Assembly: GCA_036785375.1 (NCBI GenBank)
Contig: JAWMAR010000015.1
Coordinates: forward strand, 3,224,001 to 3,288,000
Direction of reading: 5' to 3'
Origin: Leucoraja ocellata
Taxonomy: Eukaryota
DNA length: 64,000 nt
Shown: in pieces, positions 1 through 12,757 of the stretch
Numbering within the stretch: the stretch's first letter is position 1
Layout of the letters: each line of letters begins with the position of its first letter
The notes under the pieces: generated by a model
Database searches by the model: none
What the model saw: only the letters and a program-made list of their open reading frames with translations
What the model was told of the DNA's origin: nothing
Made by a program: the position numbers and the translations under genes

Positions 1-79
1 AAACTTTTAATAATTTATAACAGTGGCTACGCTCGAATAGTTTAATAATAATTAAACTAAATAATAGCTAAATTAAATA

Positions 80-195
80 GTGTCAAGGGTATTGGGAAAT
101 AGGCAGGAGAATGAGGTAGGAGGGAGGGAAACGTCAGCCATGATTGAATGGCGGAGTAGACTTGATGGGCCGAATGGCCTAATTCTGCTCCCATT
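80..195 (+). mobile_element. CR1/HER1-type LINE 3' end
   Basis: tcagccatgattgaatggcggagtagacttgatgggccgaatggcctaattctgctcc tail, which recurs throughout the window. Confidence 0.75.
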
Positions 196-449
196 ACTTA
201 TGACCTTTGATAATCAGTAAATTTAATTTAATCTCCTCACCCATAGTAGTTTTTAAAATGTCAAGGATGTGAAAATTGCAATGCTTTCCTGCAAATAACC
301 AATTTATGAATTCCGAATGGTAGATTTTAAATACGTTGTATATCGATTTTGGTTTTATAAGACACAAATTTGTAAAATATTTCACAAAAAAGCAGAACAA
401 TATTTCATTTGAATTATTTAACAAAAGACCGCCACTCATTATACCGAGG

Positions 450-965
450 GATCTTGGTAAGTAGCAACACAAGTGGTAAAACAGGCACGCAGCACATTTG
501 CCTTTAATCCGTCAGGTGATTGAGTATAAAAGTTGGGATGTCATGTTGCAGCTGTATAAAACTTTGAGTTGGCCACATTTGGAGAGGGTGCAAAAGTGGT
601 TCACTGGGATGATGCCTGGATTAGAGACTATTGGAATAGTTGGACTATTGGACAGCCTAGGATTGATTTCTCTGGAATGCCAGAGGCTGATGGGCGAGCA
701 GATAGTATCTAGGATTATGAGTGACATAGATAGAGTAGATAGTCCGCATTTTCTGCGCAGGTGAAATATAAAATACCAGAGGGCATAGGTTTAATGTGAG
801 AGGGGGAACGTTTAAAGGAGATTTGGGGAACTTTTTTTTTTCTTTTACACAAACACAAAGTAGTAGGTGCCTGGAATGCAGTGCCGAGGGAGGTGGTGGA
901 AGCAGATATAACAGCAATATTTAAGATGCATTTAGGCAAGCACATGAACAGGCAGAGAATGGAGG
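450..965 (+). mobile_element. Degenerate CR1-type LINE ORF2 C-terminal fragment
   Basis: Translations MLQLYKTL..PHLERVQKWFT.MMPGL, LGLISLE; accagagggcatag motif. Confidence 0.8.
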
Positions 966-1597
966 GATTACACCTCCAAGAGACTGACAGTTTTATCAAA
1001 CCCAGTGATTTGCGTCTGGTTATAGAATCCAGACTTTCTAAGCAAACAGACAACATGATGACAGCATGCCAACAGATATACTCTCAAATCCAGTAACATT
1101 TCTACCAAGGAAAGAGCACAGTATTAGTGCAAGAACAGTTCACATCAAACTGCTTGTTGAATGTCAAATGAAGACTGCTTGTTCAGTAGACAAACTAACA
1201 ATCATCAACATTCATTTAAAATTAGGTTTGGCTGCTGCTATGGGAGGTTAAAATGTCTGGCTGCCATACAAAATTCAACCCATTCCATTTATCCGAGTAA
1301 ATCTCTTTAAAGTATTGCACCTAATGTACAGGAAGGAATTGTAGATGCTGGTTGAATTTGACAGCATTATAAGATGATATGATTGACGATATCTTAATAT
1401 CAAAGCAGCGTGAGAAACTGCACTGGGTGTAGTAAAGGAGAGGAGGCACCACCCTGTACTCCAGTTAGGACCTGTAGCATTTTGGTTCTAAGTATTAGCC
1501 CAAGGAAACAAATTCTGACATTTCTGCAGATGGAATTTAAAAACCAGGAAGTGAAGTTTTCCTTAAATTGCTTATACATGACATATAAATGGCTGTT

Positions 1598-1712
1598 GAC
1601 CCAAAACATCACCTATTCCTTCTCTCCAGAGATGGTGCCTGGTCCGCTGAGTTACTCCAGCTTTTTGTGTCTATCTTTGGTTTAGACCAGCATCTGCAGT
1701 TCCTTCTTACAC
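1598..1712 (+). mobile_element. Arm of a Penelope-derived foldback element; a remnant of the opposite terminus lies at 1326-1354
   Basis: gacccaaaacatcacctattcc...gagttactccagc...accagcatctgcagttccttc, similar to 55741-55877. Confidence 0.7.
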
Positions 1713-2161
1713 ATTATAAATATAAAATTTACAGATGTGTCTTTTGAATTAAGCACCCTGTATCCTCAAATAAAGGAAACAGACCTCCATATCCAACAAC
1801 ATTAAGAAACAGGAGCAGGGGTTGTTCATACAGCCACCTTCAACTATCTCTTAATAAGAACATGGCTGATCTAACCTTAGCCTCAACCTTCACTTTCTTG
1901 CCTGGCATATTTAAATCTTAATCACCAAAAAATTGTCATCTTACTCAGTTTCAAGGAACCCTCAAATGTTAACCAATCTTTACAGATACTGGAATATGTA
2001 GCTCTATTTGCTGCAAGTCTGTGATCATATTAACTGTTCTTCCTTTGAAGCATTTCCTGTTTATAAGTGTAGACTACATCATTGCCAAAAGCACTTCCAA
2101 GAAAACAAAGCAGGGAGGAGGAGAAGATTAATAATCACGGAAACATAGTACGTATTCTTAC

Positions 2162-2251
2162 CCTTGCGCGGAGATAGCCCAATTCAGAGTTAAAGAGTGG
2201 AAATACATAGCTCTGAAGAATTAACTCCATTTGTCCCTTGTATATATTTTT
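2162..2251 (-). CDS. IPO8: Importin-8 exon 13 ([30 protein letters not shown]); the gene continues beyond the left edge of the window
   Basis: cag acceptor and gtaag donor, 90 nt, in frame with exon 12; matches recalled human [30 protein letters not shown]. Confidence 0.93.
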
Positions 2252-3534
2252 CTGTTGGTTTAAGCATAAAGTTAGTTTACTAGATGAGGAAAAATGTACA
2301 ATACTTCAAAATAACTGTGAAAATAACATTCCAGAGAATGGAATTATTTCGCTTAGGTTGGATATTGACCTTACATGCATTAAATCTGGACTTGAAAACA
2401 ATTCTGCTGAGCAAATGAAAGGTTCCTTTGTTCCCTGAAATGAGTTCAAAAAACTTAAGATGTAATTCTGGTGGACACTATGAAATACATGACTAGACCG
2501 GCCACGAGAGTAGCAACCCATGTGGTAAATGAGTGAAGAATGAGGATTTCCAAAACAAGTTTAGAACAAAGTTTTTATAATCTGCTGTTCACTGTTGGGC
2601 AAAGTCCAGGGAGATGTATATTATATTGAACTATAGTACTGAGCAGCCAAGGTCAATGATCAGTATGCAGGCATCATTTTTAGAGTTAAAAAGAATACAG
2701 GGAGTTTAAAATTAGAATTTATGTGAAGGAAAATCTAATTTCTTACCTCAAATATCGTTGTTGTATTAGCACGATGTAGTGTGACATTTTTTGTACAATT
2801 CATTACTACCCATAATCATACCCAAAACTGAGTGACACTAGACAATAGGTGCAGGAGGAGGCCATTCGGCTCATCGAGCCATTTATTGTGATCATGCACA
2901 ATCAGCAAAACCAAATTGCATGCATTTTGTAATTTTTCTTTGTGGAACAAGAGGGTCTCCAAATTCGAAAGATCAGATACACTCATTAAGGTTGGAATGA
3001 GCGAGTAGCTTGGAATTTTTGGACATGACACAAATAAATACTACTTCAGGGACGATATTACCAACTTTTGAGAATAATTATTTACTTTGTGTTAGTTTAA
3101 ATAACATTACCCCAACTTGCCTGAAAATGCTGACTTTATTAAAATCATGGGGAATCCCCAGATAAGCAACATGTTCGGACCAAAACGGTGAATGATGATA
3201 GATCATGGCCCAAGAAAGATTGGAGCAAACAAAGTCACTCTCATTTCCAACAATAATGCACCTGCCTTTTTGTAAATGCCACTGAAGTCCCAGAAACTTG
3301 CATTACAGACAAAAGCCATTTGGCTCAAGATATCCACATTGGTTCCATGAAAGACTCATCCTCAGCTCTTTCCCCTGGTCTGCAAACTACTCCAGGAGCT
3401 CAACACTTGTCCTGAAATAGTTCAGCTAACTAAGTGCATCACACCCACCAATTACTAACACCTAATAATGTTGTTTTGTACTGCCTACACCAAAGGAAGT
3501 TCAATAGAATGCTCTCCAATGTTTTCACACTTAC

Positions 3535-3651
3535 TTTAAGCAGGATATCTGCCAGGGACCCAATGACATGTAGTGCTCCATCCTTCTTGCGAGGATCTTC
3601 ACTTGGGATTGTCAAGATCTGGTAACAAAAGCTCATCATCTTTGGCAAAAC
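3535..3651 (-). CDS. IPO8: Importin-8 exon 12 ([39 protein letters not shown])
   Basis: tag/gtaag boundaries, 117 nt, [10 protein letters not shown] motif of importin-7/8. Confidence 0.95.
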
Positions 3652-4419
3652 CTACAAGAAACAAATCAGTTTGAAGTGGTACATTGTAGACTAGGAGAAT
3701 TACTATTACATTAGAATTAATTAGAAATTACAAATCGTGGCATCTTCATTAACAAATGTGAAGAAAATGGGATTTGAACATTGTGTCCTAGATTATGTTG
3801 CCGAATTAATTGATCTGTATTATTTGTACAATTTTTTAAAGGCTGCATGCAAATATGTAATGCTTGTTTGATAAAGTACAATAGCCATCACATCCCAAAC
3901 CTCCAATCTCATCTTCCCCTTTATAAAGATTCACTCCACTCCCTCACTACCAATAAATATCGTGGAACGGGCATGCATGCTCTCAACCAATCTCACTCAG
4001 AGTTGAACAACAGATTGGGGAATAACACTCCTTTATCAGGGAAGGCCCCCCATCTTCCTCTTCTCACCAATTATTGTCACCTCTAAGTGGTATGATCTTG
4101 TTGCTTTGATATATGTTGGCACTTTTTTTAATTGCTTGCAAGTACCAGCAGTATCTGCTCAGAATAAAGATGATACAGGAATTATCCCCAAGTCGTGCAA
4201 AATTTAATTATGTACCCATCTACCACATTGTTTTTCATTGGGTATACCTTGTTGTTGATTCACTACATCTAACTGCTGCAGTTTATAGAGATTTTGTTCA
4301 AACATTTGGGTTTGCTGAATAAATAAGACTGCTTGAAGATATTGATATTTTAGGAAAGAGTTACTTTGACATAGTTGAAAAACTGATCTGAACTGAGAAC
4401 AGAGGACGTGTGCCCTCAC

Positions 4420-4496
4420 CTCCTTTCTCTTCTTAGCTGCAGTGTAAAGAAAATTCTGTGCGGCGATAGTTGGAGATACATGGTCCTCAAATACAT
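4420..4496 (-). CDS. IPO8: Importin-8 exon 11 (DVFEDHVSPTIAAQNFLYTAAKKRKE)
   Basis: cag/gtgag boundaries, 77 nt, phase 1-0; TAAKKRKE is IPO8-type. Confidence 0.95.
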
Positions 4497-4654
4497 CTGA
4501 AAAATATTTCAATAGTATCAATGATCAAATGCTCATCTCACGTAATAAATCAGCAGCCAATACTGCAGTGGCTAAATATAGCAACTGGTTGATTTTGCTT
4601 AGCAACAAAAGTAGATAATCACATTTTTCCTGGGACAATGGACAAGAAATAAAA

Positions 4655-4960
4655 ATTACTGGAAATATTCAGGAGGTCCACGGAGAGACATAATTAATGT
4701 TTCGTCAATGGCCTTTTATCAGAGTTCTGATGAAAAGTCATCAATGGTTAACTGTTTTTTTCTGCAAAATATCTCAAAATGCTGGAATAACGCAAAGGGT
4801 CGGGCAGCATCTTTGTAGAACATAGATAAATAATGTTTTGAATCAGATCCCTTCCTCAGACCTATTTTTCTGCAAATCAGCTTGATATATTGGGAATTTT
4901 CCACTTTTATTTCAGATTTCTAGCACCTGCAGGGTTTTTATTTGCTTTGAATAGAAGGTA
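4655..4960. mobile_element. Two adjacent degenerate foldback elements of the Penelope terminal-repeat family
   Basis: tttatcagagttctgatgaaa centre at about 4715-4735; atgctggaataacgc...cccttcctcaga at 4780-4860. Confidence 0.5.
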
Positions 4961-5042
4961 CTGCCAATTTCTCCGAATTTAGTAGCACAGCAAGAAAGAA
5001 TAACACAATCAAATCCGGTTATCTTTTTTTGATGAAGCTCAC

Positions 5043-5142
5043 CAAATTTCATCCGAATGTATTCGTATGGATCCTCCTGCCAAAGCTCCTCATCTTCATC
5101 TTTGTAACACATCAGCGGGAAGACTACTTCTTCAGAAATGCT
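5043..5142 (-). CDS. IPO8: Importin-8 exon 10 ([33 protein letters not shown])
   Basis: cag/gtgag boundaries, 100 nt, [14 protein letters not shown] motif. Confidence 0.95.
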
Positions 5143-5389
5143 CTGCATTAATAATAGGCAAGAGAAAAAGTGTAAGAACAATAGTCACAAAATGAGAAAA
5201 GTAAGAATTGGAGGTGGGGGTGGGAGATAAAAGATTTTAGATGTGTGCATTCATTTTGCACCATCCCTAAATATCAGATCAGATCATCAGATCAAAATCT
5301 ATAACCTCCAACATCCAGTCAAATTATCTTAATCAATGAATAGACTAAAGAAGCACAAGCCAAGAATGAATAACAAGTTATATTTCCCT

Positions 5390-6395
5390 TTGGTCCTCTC
5401 CTTTCACCCCACCAGCCTCTGCATCCAACATTTCTGTCACCTCTAATGTGATCCCACCACCATCCCATTCCCATCCCCACCTCTTTCCGCAGAGACCATT
5501 CCCTCCCCAACTCCTTGTTCACACATCCCTTCCCACCCAAAAACACTCCCTCCACAGATACTTTCCCCTGTAATCGCAGATGTACCACCTGTACCTACTC
5601 CCTCATCTTCCTCCAAGGGCCCCAGCAGCCCTTCCAGGTGAGACAGAGGTTCATGGGCATCTCCTCTAACCTCATCTGCAGCATCCGGTGTTCCTGATGT
5701 GGCCTCCTCTACATCTGCGAGACCAAGCGTAGACTCAGTGACAATTTCGCTGAAGACTTGCCTTTGGTCCGCAAGGCCTACTGGATCTCCCACTTGCCAA
5801 CCATTTAAACTCCTCTTCCCATTTCCATACTGGCCTTTCTGTTGTGAGTCTACTCCATTGCTAGAGTGAGGCCGCACGCAAACAGGAAGAACAGCACCTC
5901 ATATTCTGCTCAGCTAGTTTACAACCCAGGGTTATGAACACTGAATTATCTGGTTTTAGGTAACTACCAACACCCCCCGTTCCCTTCTTCCCCCACACCT
6001 TCCCTATTCCCTCAACCTTCTCCCTTGTGCCCCCCTGAACTTGCACCTATATTTCCCCTACCCTCCCACCTACATTCCTTCCTCCTGCTTCACAATTCAC
6101 AACTCTTCAATCCATTTATCTCACATTTCCTGTCCTTTCATCTCTGGCCTTTGTCCAACCATCTGTCTATCAAACCACCCCTTTACCTCTATCGATTTGT
6201 TACCTGCCAGGCTTGGTCCTGTTCCTCCTCCCTTCCAGCCTTCCTCTCCTTTCCCCCCCTCAATCAGTGAGAAAGGGCCGATGTTAAGCTACCGAAACAC
6301 CACCAATCCACGTTCTCGAGAGATGCTGCCTAACCTGCTGTGTTACTTCAGCAATTTGTCTTTCTTCAAAACCAGCATCGACAGCTCTGTTTCTA
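5390..6395 (+). mobile_element. Degenerate Penelope-like element 3' fragment (GIY-YIG endonuclease region, pyrimidine-rich UTR and terminal repeat)
   Basis: TFPCNRRCTTC, SSNLICSIRCS, YICETKRRL; homologous to 17950-18737. Confidence 0.85.
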
Positions 6396-6699
6396 TATGT
6401 AATATTTCTGCTTTCCATTGAAATGTTGAGAATTCTCACACTGCACAAGAACCCAAATTAGAACAAGGATGGTACTAGTAGTGCGAGAGCATCAACAGGT
6501 TTGCAGGATGATCTAATTAAGTATGCTGATCAAGTGATGAAGATCCAATCAAAGCAGAATCATTACATGCACACACTTTAGGATATTATAGATTATTCAT
6601 CTGTTCCACTGGTCCCTTATTCATCTTCAACCTCAGGGTTCTTTGCGCCCACATCAGTTGAGCTTCATCCCTCTCGAGTACACTGCCAGCTCCCACCTT

Positions 6700-6930
6700 G
6701 GAGATAAATTATTTTACCCAGAGGATAATAAACCTATGGAAATCTCCACCTAGGCTGTTGAAGCCAAATCTCTAAATATATTTCGTAAGGAGATGATTAG
6801 ATTTTTAAACACAAAAGGCATCAGGAAGTATGAGGAGAGAGTGGGAACATGGTTTTGGTGTGGAGGATCATATTGAGTGGTAGAATGAGGTTCAATGGCT
6901 TACTCCCGCTTCTATTTTTCAATGTTTCCT
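6700..6930 (+). mobile_element. CR1-type LINE 3' end, degenerate
   Basis: ttttacccagagg...aacctatggaa...gttgaagcc...ggatcatattgagtgg pattern. Confidence 0.6.
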
Positions 6931-7133
6931 TGAAGGTGGCATTGGGTTGAAAGATTAACTGTGATCGAGCAAACACAAGTGGACAAATGGCTTACTACTA
7001 CTTCCAATTCTTACGTTCATAATAATGAAAATGAAATTCGGCTTTTACAGAAAAACCCAATTGGCACTTTCTCAGTAGCCAGTCTCTCTTTCTTAGCACA
7101 ACATCAAACAAATTAAACTCAGATAGTACTTAC

Positions 7134-7268
7134 CTGAATGTGGGGCTTCATCTGTTTCCACGTGAGAGAGTGATTAACACCTTGATTTAGATAGTTGAGA
7201 ACTTGCTGCAGCACACGAGGTGCAACATATTGTTTCTGACGGTGTTGATCCAGCAATTTCAGCAATAC
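7134..7268 (-). CDS. IPO8: Importin-8 exon 9 ([45 protein letters not shown])
   Basis: cag/gtaag boundaries, 135 nt, strong similarity to human IPO8. Confidence 0.95.
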
Positions 7269-10009
7269 CTGAGAGAGAAAAAAATAACTCAACCAATGCC
7301 CTGCACACCTTTCAACAACATTTGGGATGTGAAAATTTCTGCTTCGACTGTTTCCTGACTTTTTGCCTTACAAAATGTATTGCACTGCTGAACTATTCGA
7401 GGTTTGTGGTTATTTTTTGTCTCAATGTTTGCCTGCAGTTATGGTCTGAACTTTATTCTCACCAGGCAAGTGTGACTATCAATTCTGTGATCCAGTGAGT
7501 AAACCTTTAGTACTACGCCATGCAGCCGGGGTGATCTCAAAAGGTAACCTCAATACTCTGAGATCAAGATTAAGAAATAATTCTCCGCTCCCTAAAGCTA
7601 TGCAGGAAGCCTCATTGGACAACATCCAAGCAAAGATTCGGACTTGATTAGGATTGCCCATAATTGACTCGTAGACATTTTGTCCTTGATTTTGAACACA
7701 TCAGCAGTAAAAAAAAAAAGCATAAACTTTTTGATGGGATTTTCTTACCTACTTTGATTAAGCAATTGTAAATTATGTTTGGGCATTTTGCACCACAACA
7801 TAGGTATCTGTGGGCGATACAAGAACTGCGGCAAGTGATCTTAAATAATTGTAATGTGCCATTAAGGAGTGGTGGTAGAAAGCAAAACTTCAATGAAACG
7901 ACAGATATATGTCGATGGCATCAACCCTTTAACACCATTGTTGGATATCATCCTGCATGATATGTAACAATGTAGGATGGAAGGCAGCTTATATTGGGGG
8001 AATGTCAGAGTTAGTTGGGAAACAGGCCAAGATAGCTTAACATTGTTGCATTACATGAACTGCAATGCATTTCACAACAATAAACAGCTTAACCCAATTG
8101 TAGAAAATGCTGTCCCAGAGAAAGTTGAAGTTACTGTACATCATGATATACAGAACATTGGCATTAATGCCATTATTCTAGTAGGCTGCAGAAGATTGCC
8201 CAACTAGAATCATTGACAAAGTGATAGGAGATTCAACATCAGATTCTCGAAATGGAAATTACTTGAAAAAATGTTGAATCTGTAACTTGCTGAATTGATT
8301 AGAGATTGTGAAAGCTGTTAATTCTACATAAAATAGTGCAATTAGTAGCTGTTAATGCCAAAATGTAAGAATCACAGCGTAGAAACCTTGGCCAAGTTTG
8401 CATTCTTTCATTCTCTCACGCATTATCCCATCCCATAATCTTTTATTCATGTCTCCCGCAAAAGTTTATACGACTTCCCCTTAAACATAACTATTATTTC
8501 ACTTTGACAACTCATGTGATTAAAGCAGTTTGACATAAAATACCATATTAAGGATCATCTTATTTTATAACACAAAACTATGTCCTCCCAAAAATATAAA
8601 CATCTCTGTATTTACCCTTTTAAGTCCTTTCAGAATTTTTAAAAGTTCTATCGTGACCCGTCAGCCTTCTTTTTAGTTTAGGAAAACTTATTTTACTCAT
8701 AGATGTGCTCTCTCAGCTTCTAATAATGTTCTTTTAAGTCTTTCTCACACTTTCTTCTGTGCTTCTGTTTAATATTTGCATTTTCTGTGCATGAATAGAG
8801 TTTCACAAACTTGAACAAAGTCTGGACCAAACTGATCTGAGACAAGGCATTCATTATGTTAAGGCCAAACACAATGGATCCATAGAGTGGCAGGGACATC
8901 ACCCACAGACCATCATCCAGCACGTCTGCCCAACTGCTGCTCAGTATAATACAATATGCAAAAAACTTGAACAACAGAGGTCTTGCACATTAGAGATCAC
9001 AAGGTCATTTGATCCCGAAAGCAAATGTTCATTCAAGGCACCTCCTGCAACATAAAGATTGCTGAAACTCCACAACTTATTTGCAGTAGCATTGCTGCAT
9101 GCTCTCTGACCACTGAGGAAGGAAGCTCTGTAACCTGTACTGGTTAGAGACTTCTATACCTAACCAACACATAAATCACGTCAACGGTCGCTGCAATAAA
9201 TTGGAGGTGGAAACAGCAGGGTGCAAAATTCAGAGCATCTTTTCTGGATTTTTGATTTGACAATGGTGAAGGAAGCAAAGGCCCTGCCGTGGGAACAATG
9301 TTCAGCTTCATTAAGTACTTCATCAGAAATACAAGGCACAGGCTTACATGAGTGAGCATTAGTGATGCATACATTACTAATACATCAACGTGCCTTTGAT
9401 CAGATTCGATTTACAAATCGTGGTGGATAAATAAGTCAATTTATATAGCGCTTTAGCATTGTAAAATTAACTAAATGATTCTTAAGAGTGTTATCAAACC
9501 AAGGCACAGAAATGTAGATGACCAAAAGCTTGCTCAGTCAGAGCAGTCGGTTTAAAGGAATGTATTGTGACAAAGAATAACAGAGAGCTCTACACAAAGA
9601 TTTCTAGAGTGCATAGCCTCGGCAGCTAAATCCATGTTTCCCACAGGTGGAGCTTTAAAATCCATGAACATTAACAGGCCAAAATTAGAAGAGATTAGGG
9701 TTAAAGTGCTGCAGAAGATCAGAACACCTATAGTTGGGTAAATATAAATGCTGCAAAATATCATTAAATCTACAGGGTTATGTAATGACTAGGCCAGTGT
9801 TGCCATGTGGAAAAGTGGGAGAATTATGGATAAGGCCAGGGAGGAAAGTATACGTGAATGTGCTGGATATCATCATTACGAAGAACCTGAGTCTCTGGCG
9901 CTGTGAGGAAGCAGTTCTACCAGCTGCGCTACTGCACAAGCTGCACTATTGGCGAGTTCCAGTAAGCAGCAGATCCAAGATGAGGAGTAGGCAGATCATG
10001 GTTCATAAG

Positions 10010-10200
10010 ATCATAAATGATAGGAGTAAAATTTAATTTCATCATGCTGATCTATCTCTCCCTTCTAACCCCATCCTCCTGCCACATCCCCACAACCTCT
10101 GACACCCGTACTAATCAAGAATTTATCTATCTCTGCCTTAAATATATTCGCTGACTTTGCCTCCACAACCTTCTGTGACGAAGAATTCCACAGATGTACC
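10010..10200 (-). mobile_element. CR1/HER1-type LINE 3' end
   Basis: Minus-strand translation LWNSSSQKVVEAKSANIFKAEIDKFL. Confidence 0.8.
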
Positions 10201-10815
10201 ATCACAGGTTGATGGTGTGTGGGAAGGGGGGGGAAGAGGGAGACGACTGCAGACATCTTCCTGTCATCAAGATGAGTGGAGTTGGGATGACAGTTACATT
10301 TCACTAAAAAAGTAAAGTGAAACAGATTTCAATGTGCCAGATAGCTGCTCAGTTAAGGCTCCTCTAAGTATGTGGTGAATCTCAGAAGTATGGTGGGCCG
10401 CAGCCTTTGCATATGTGGCATGTCTTTTCTACAGGCGCATTAGATTCAAACAATATTACACAACTGCAAGCCCCTGGACAGCACTGTGCAGGCCCAGACT
10501 CTAGGCACAATGTAAAGTGGCAATATTGTGGACATGCTGTACTACGAACAAGTGTACACCTTCCAATAAAACATTAAACTGATAGCCTATCCATTTGCCC
10601 CACTTAATGCAAAACATGCTAGTTGCTACGAATTAAAGAACAAGCAGTTGTCTCTTTGATAGATCACCAATTCATCTCACAACTAACACCACTAAAACAA
10701 ATTGACGATCATTTATCACATAGGTGTTTGAGGGAAGATGGTTGTTAACAATTGCCGGTACACTTGTCTACTCAACAACCACTACACTAGAAATCATTCA
10801 AAGTATTGGTATTGA

Positions 10816-11180
10816 CAATAGACAATAGGTGCAAGAGTAGGCCATTTGGCCCATCGAGCCAGCATTGCCATTCAATGTGATCATGGCTGATCATCCACAA
10901 TCAATACCCTGTTCCTGCCTTCTGCCCATATCCCTTGACTCCGCTATCTTTAAGAGCTCTGTGTAGCTCTTTCTTGAAAGCATCCCGATAACCGGCCTCC
11001 ACCGCCCTCTGAGGCAGAGAATTCCACAGACTCTCAACTCTCTGTGTAAAAATGTTTTCCCTCATCTGCATTCTAAATGGCTTACCCCTTATTCTTAAAC
11101 TGTGGCCCCTGGTTCTGGACTCCCCCAATCTCTGGAAACTTGTTTCCTGCCTCTAGCGTGTCCAAACCCTTAATAATCTT
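10816..11180 (-). mobile_element. CR1/HER1-type LINE 3' fragment with (ctattgt)n tail
   Basis: MGESRTRGHSLRIRGKPFR...VESLWNSLPQRAVEA. Confidence 0.88.
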
Positions 11181-11181
11181 G

Positions 11182-11745
11182 TTAATTATTGCTAGTGTAC
11201 CAAGATATAGTGAAAAACTTTGTGCGAGTTATTCAGTCAAATCATACAATCAAGCCATTATGCAAGTACAGTACAATAAGCAGTGTGAAGAAAAAAGTAT
11301 GTGAGTGCAGAATATAGTGTTATTACATTATGGTGCTGATAGAAAAATGCAAGGGCCACAATGAGGTGGGTTGATTGTGACTACACCCTTAACTGTCTAG
11401 TAACAGTCAGAAATAAGCTGTTCATGATTCTGGTTGAACTTGCTTTCAAGCGTTTGTATCTTCTGCCCAATGGGAGAGGTGAGAAGAGGGAATGATCCTT
11501 GATTATGTTAGGTAGACAAAAATGATGGAGAAACACAGCAGGTGAGGCAGCATCTTATTATGTTAGTTGCTTTCCCGAGTCAGCATTGAGTGCAGATGGA
11601 GAGGTTGGGGGTGGGTGGGGGGGAGAGTGAGGGCAGAGTAAGCTGTTCGGCTACATCAACACCTCTTTGCAATTTCTTGTAGTCTTGGGAAGAGCTGGGA
11701 CTAAACCAGGTGGTGACTCATCCCGAGAAGACACTTTATGCAGTT
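11182..11745 (-). mobile_element. Degenerate Rex1/Babar-like LINE 3' fragment, interrupted by a 45-bp insert at 11512-11556
   Basis: aagctgttcatgattctgg...gtatcttctgcccaatgggagagg resembles the 3' region of 26511-28053. Confidence 0.55.
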
Positions 11746-12086
11746 CTGGGAGCTGTTAAGTCATTATAAACATGCTTTTTATCTCCTTCCTGTATCAGTC
11801 AAGTCACTGTTCAAAATCTGGCCCACTATTGTGGTGTAATTTACAAACTTGTCAACGGAGTTAGAGCAGAATTTAGCCGGGGGGGGGGGGGGGGGGGGGG
11901 GGGGGGAGGGGAGGGGGCGTGACTGTTGAAACATTTTGGGCATAACAGGAGCTCATATGAAGCAAAAATTATGTTTCTGTATAATGCATAAATAGTGCAC
12001 AATAATGCAAAAATAGACAACGTACCAGTTTCTGCAATGCTGATAAGGAACATAAATCTATTTTAAAACCCTATTTGTGCTCTTAC

Positions 12087-12171
12087 CTGCTGAATGCCAA
12101 CAGCATATGTTTTAAAAAAGAATTCCGAAAACTCAATGTACTCTTTTGTTACATTTCCAGGGCTTCCATAT
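12087..12171 (-). CDS. IPO8: Importin-8 exon 8 ([28 protein letters not shown])
   Basis: cag/gtaag boundaries, 85 nt, phase 2-0. Confidence 0.95.
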
Positions 12172-12486
12172 CTGCAGAAAAAGTAACAATAAACATTATA
12201 TGGTCAAGTTATAAGAAAAATACAATTTAAAAGTCAGTAATTCCAGATCAATATAATTGGTGAGACAATCATCTTCAAATGTAGCGTAATCAGAGATTAC
12301 ACAGTGGAATACCATGTGTATACCACAGTGTATACCAGACAGATCTCAAGCTGAGACTCATCTTATGTTCAGTTAATTGAACTCAACAGGAGTTAGATGC
12401 AAAAATCATTTAGATGTAAATTGGTAAATCCTATTTCGGATCACTTTTCAACAGCCACTGCGTGTATGGAAATCAGAAGAGTATCC

Positions 12487-12757
12487 CGCAACGGTAGAGC
12501 TGTTGCCTTACAGCACCAGAGAGCCGGGATTGATTCTGACCACGGCTGCTGTCAGTACGTTCTCCCTGACCACATGGGTTTTCTCTGGGTGCTCCAGTTT
12601 CCTCCCACATTTCAAAAATATACAAGTTTGTAGGTTAATTGGCTTCTGTAAATTGTCCCTAGTGTGTGGAATAGTATTCGTGTACAAGGTGATCGCTGGC
12701 CGGTGCGGACTCGGTAGGCCAAAGGTCCTGTTTCCTTGCTGTATCTCTAAAGTAAAG
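12487..12757 (+). mobile_element. tRNA-derived V-SINE (HE1-like)
   Basis: A/B-box-like head (cggtagagctgttgccttacagc...gggattgattc), V-core ctccagtttcctcccaca, tail ctgtatctctaaag. Confidence 0.85.

Noticed and set aside
1-2161. IPO8 exon 14 (SCWVLH...)
   Set aside because: Not found by eye; it presumably lies beyond the left edge of the window
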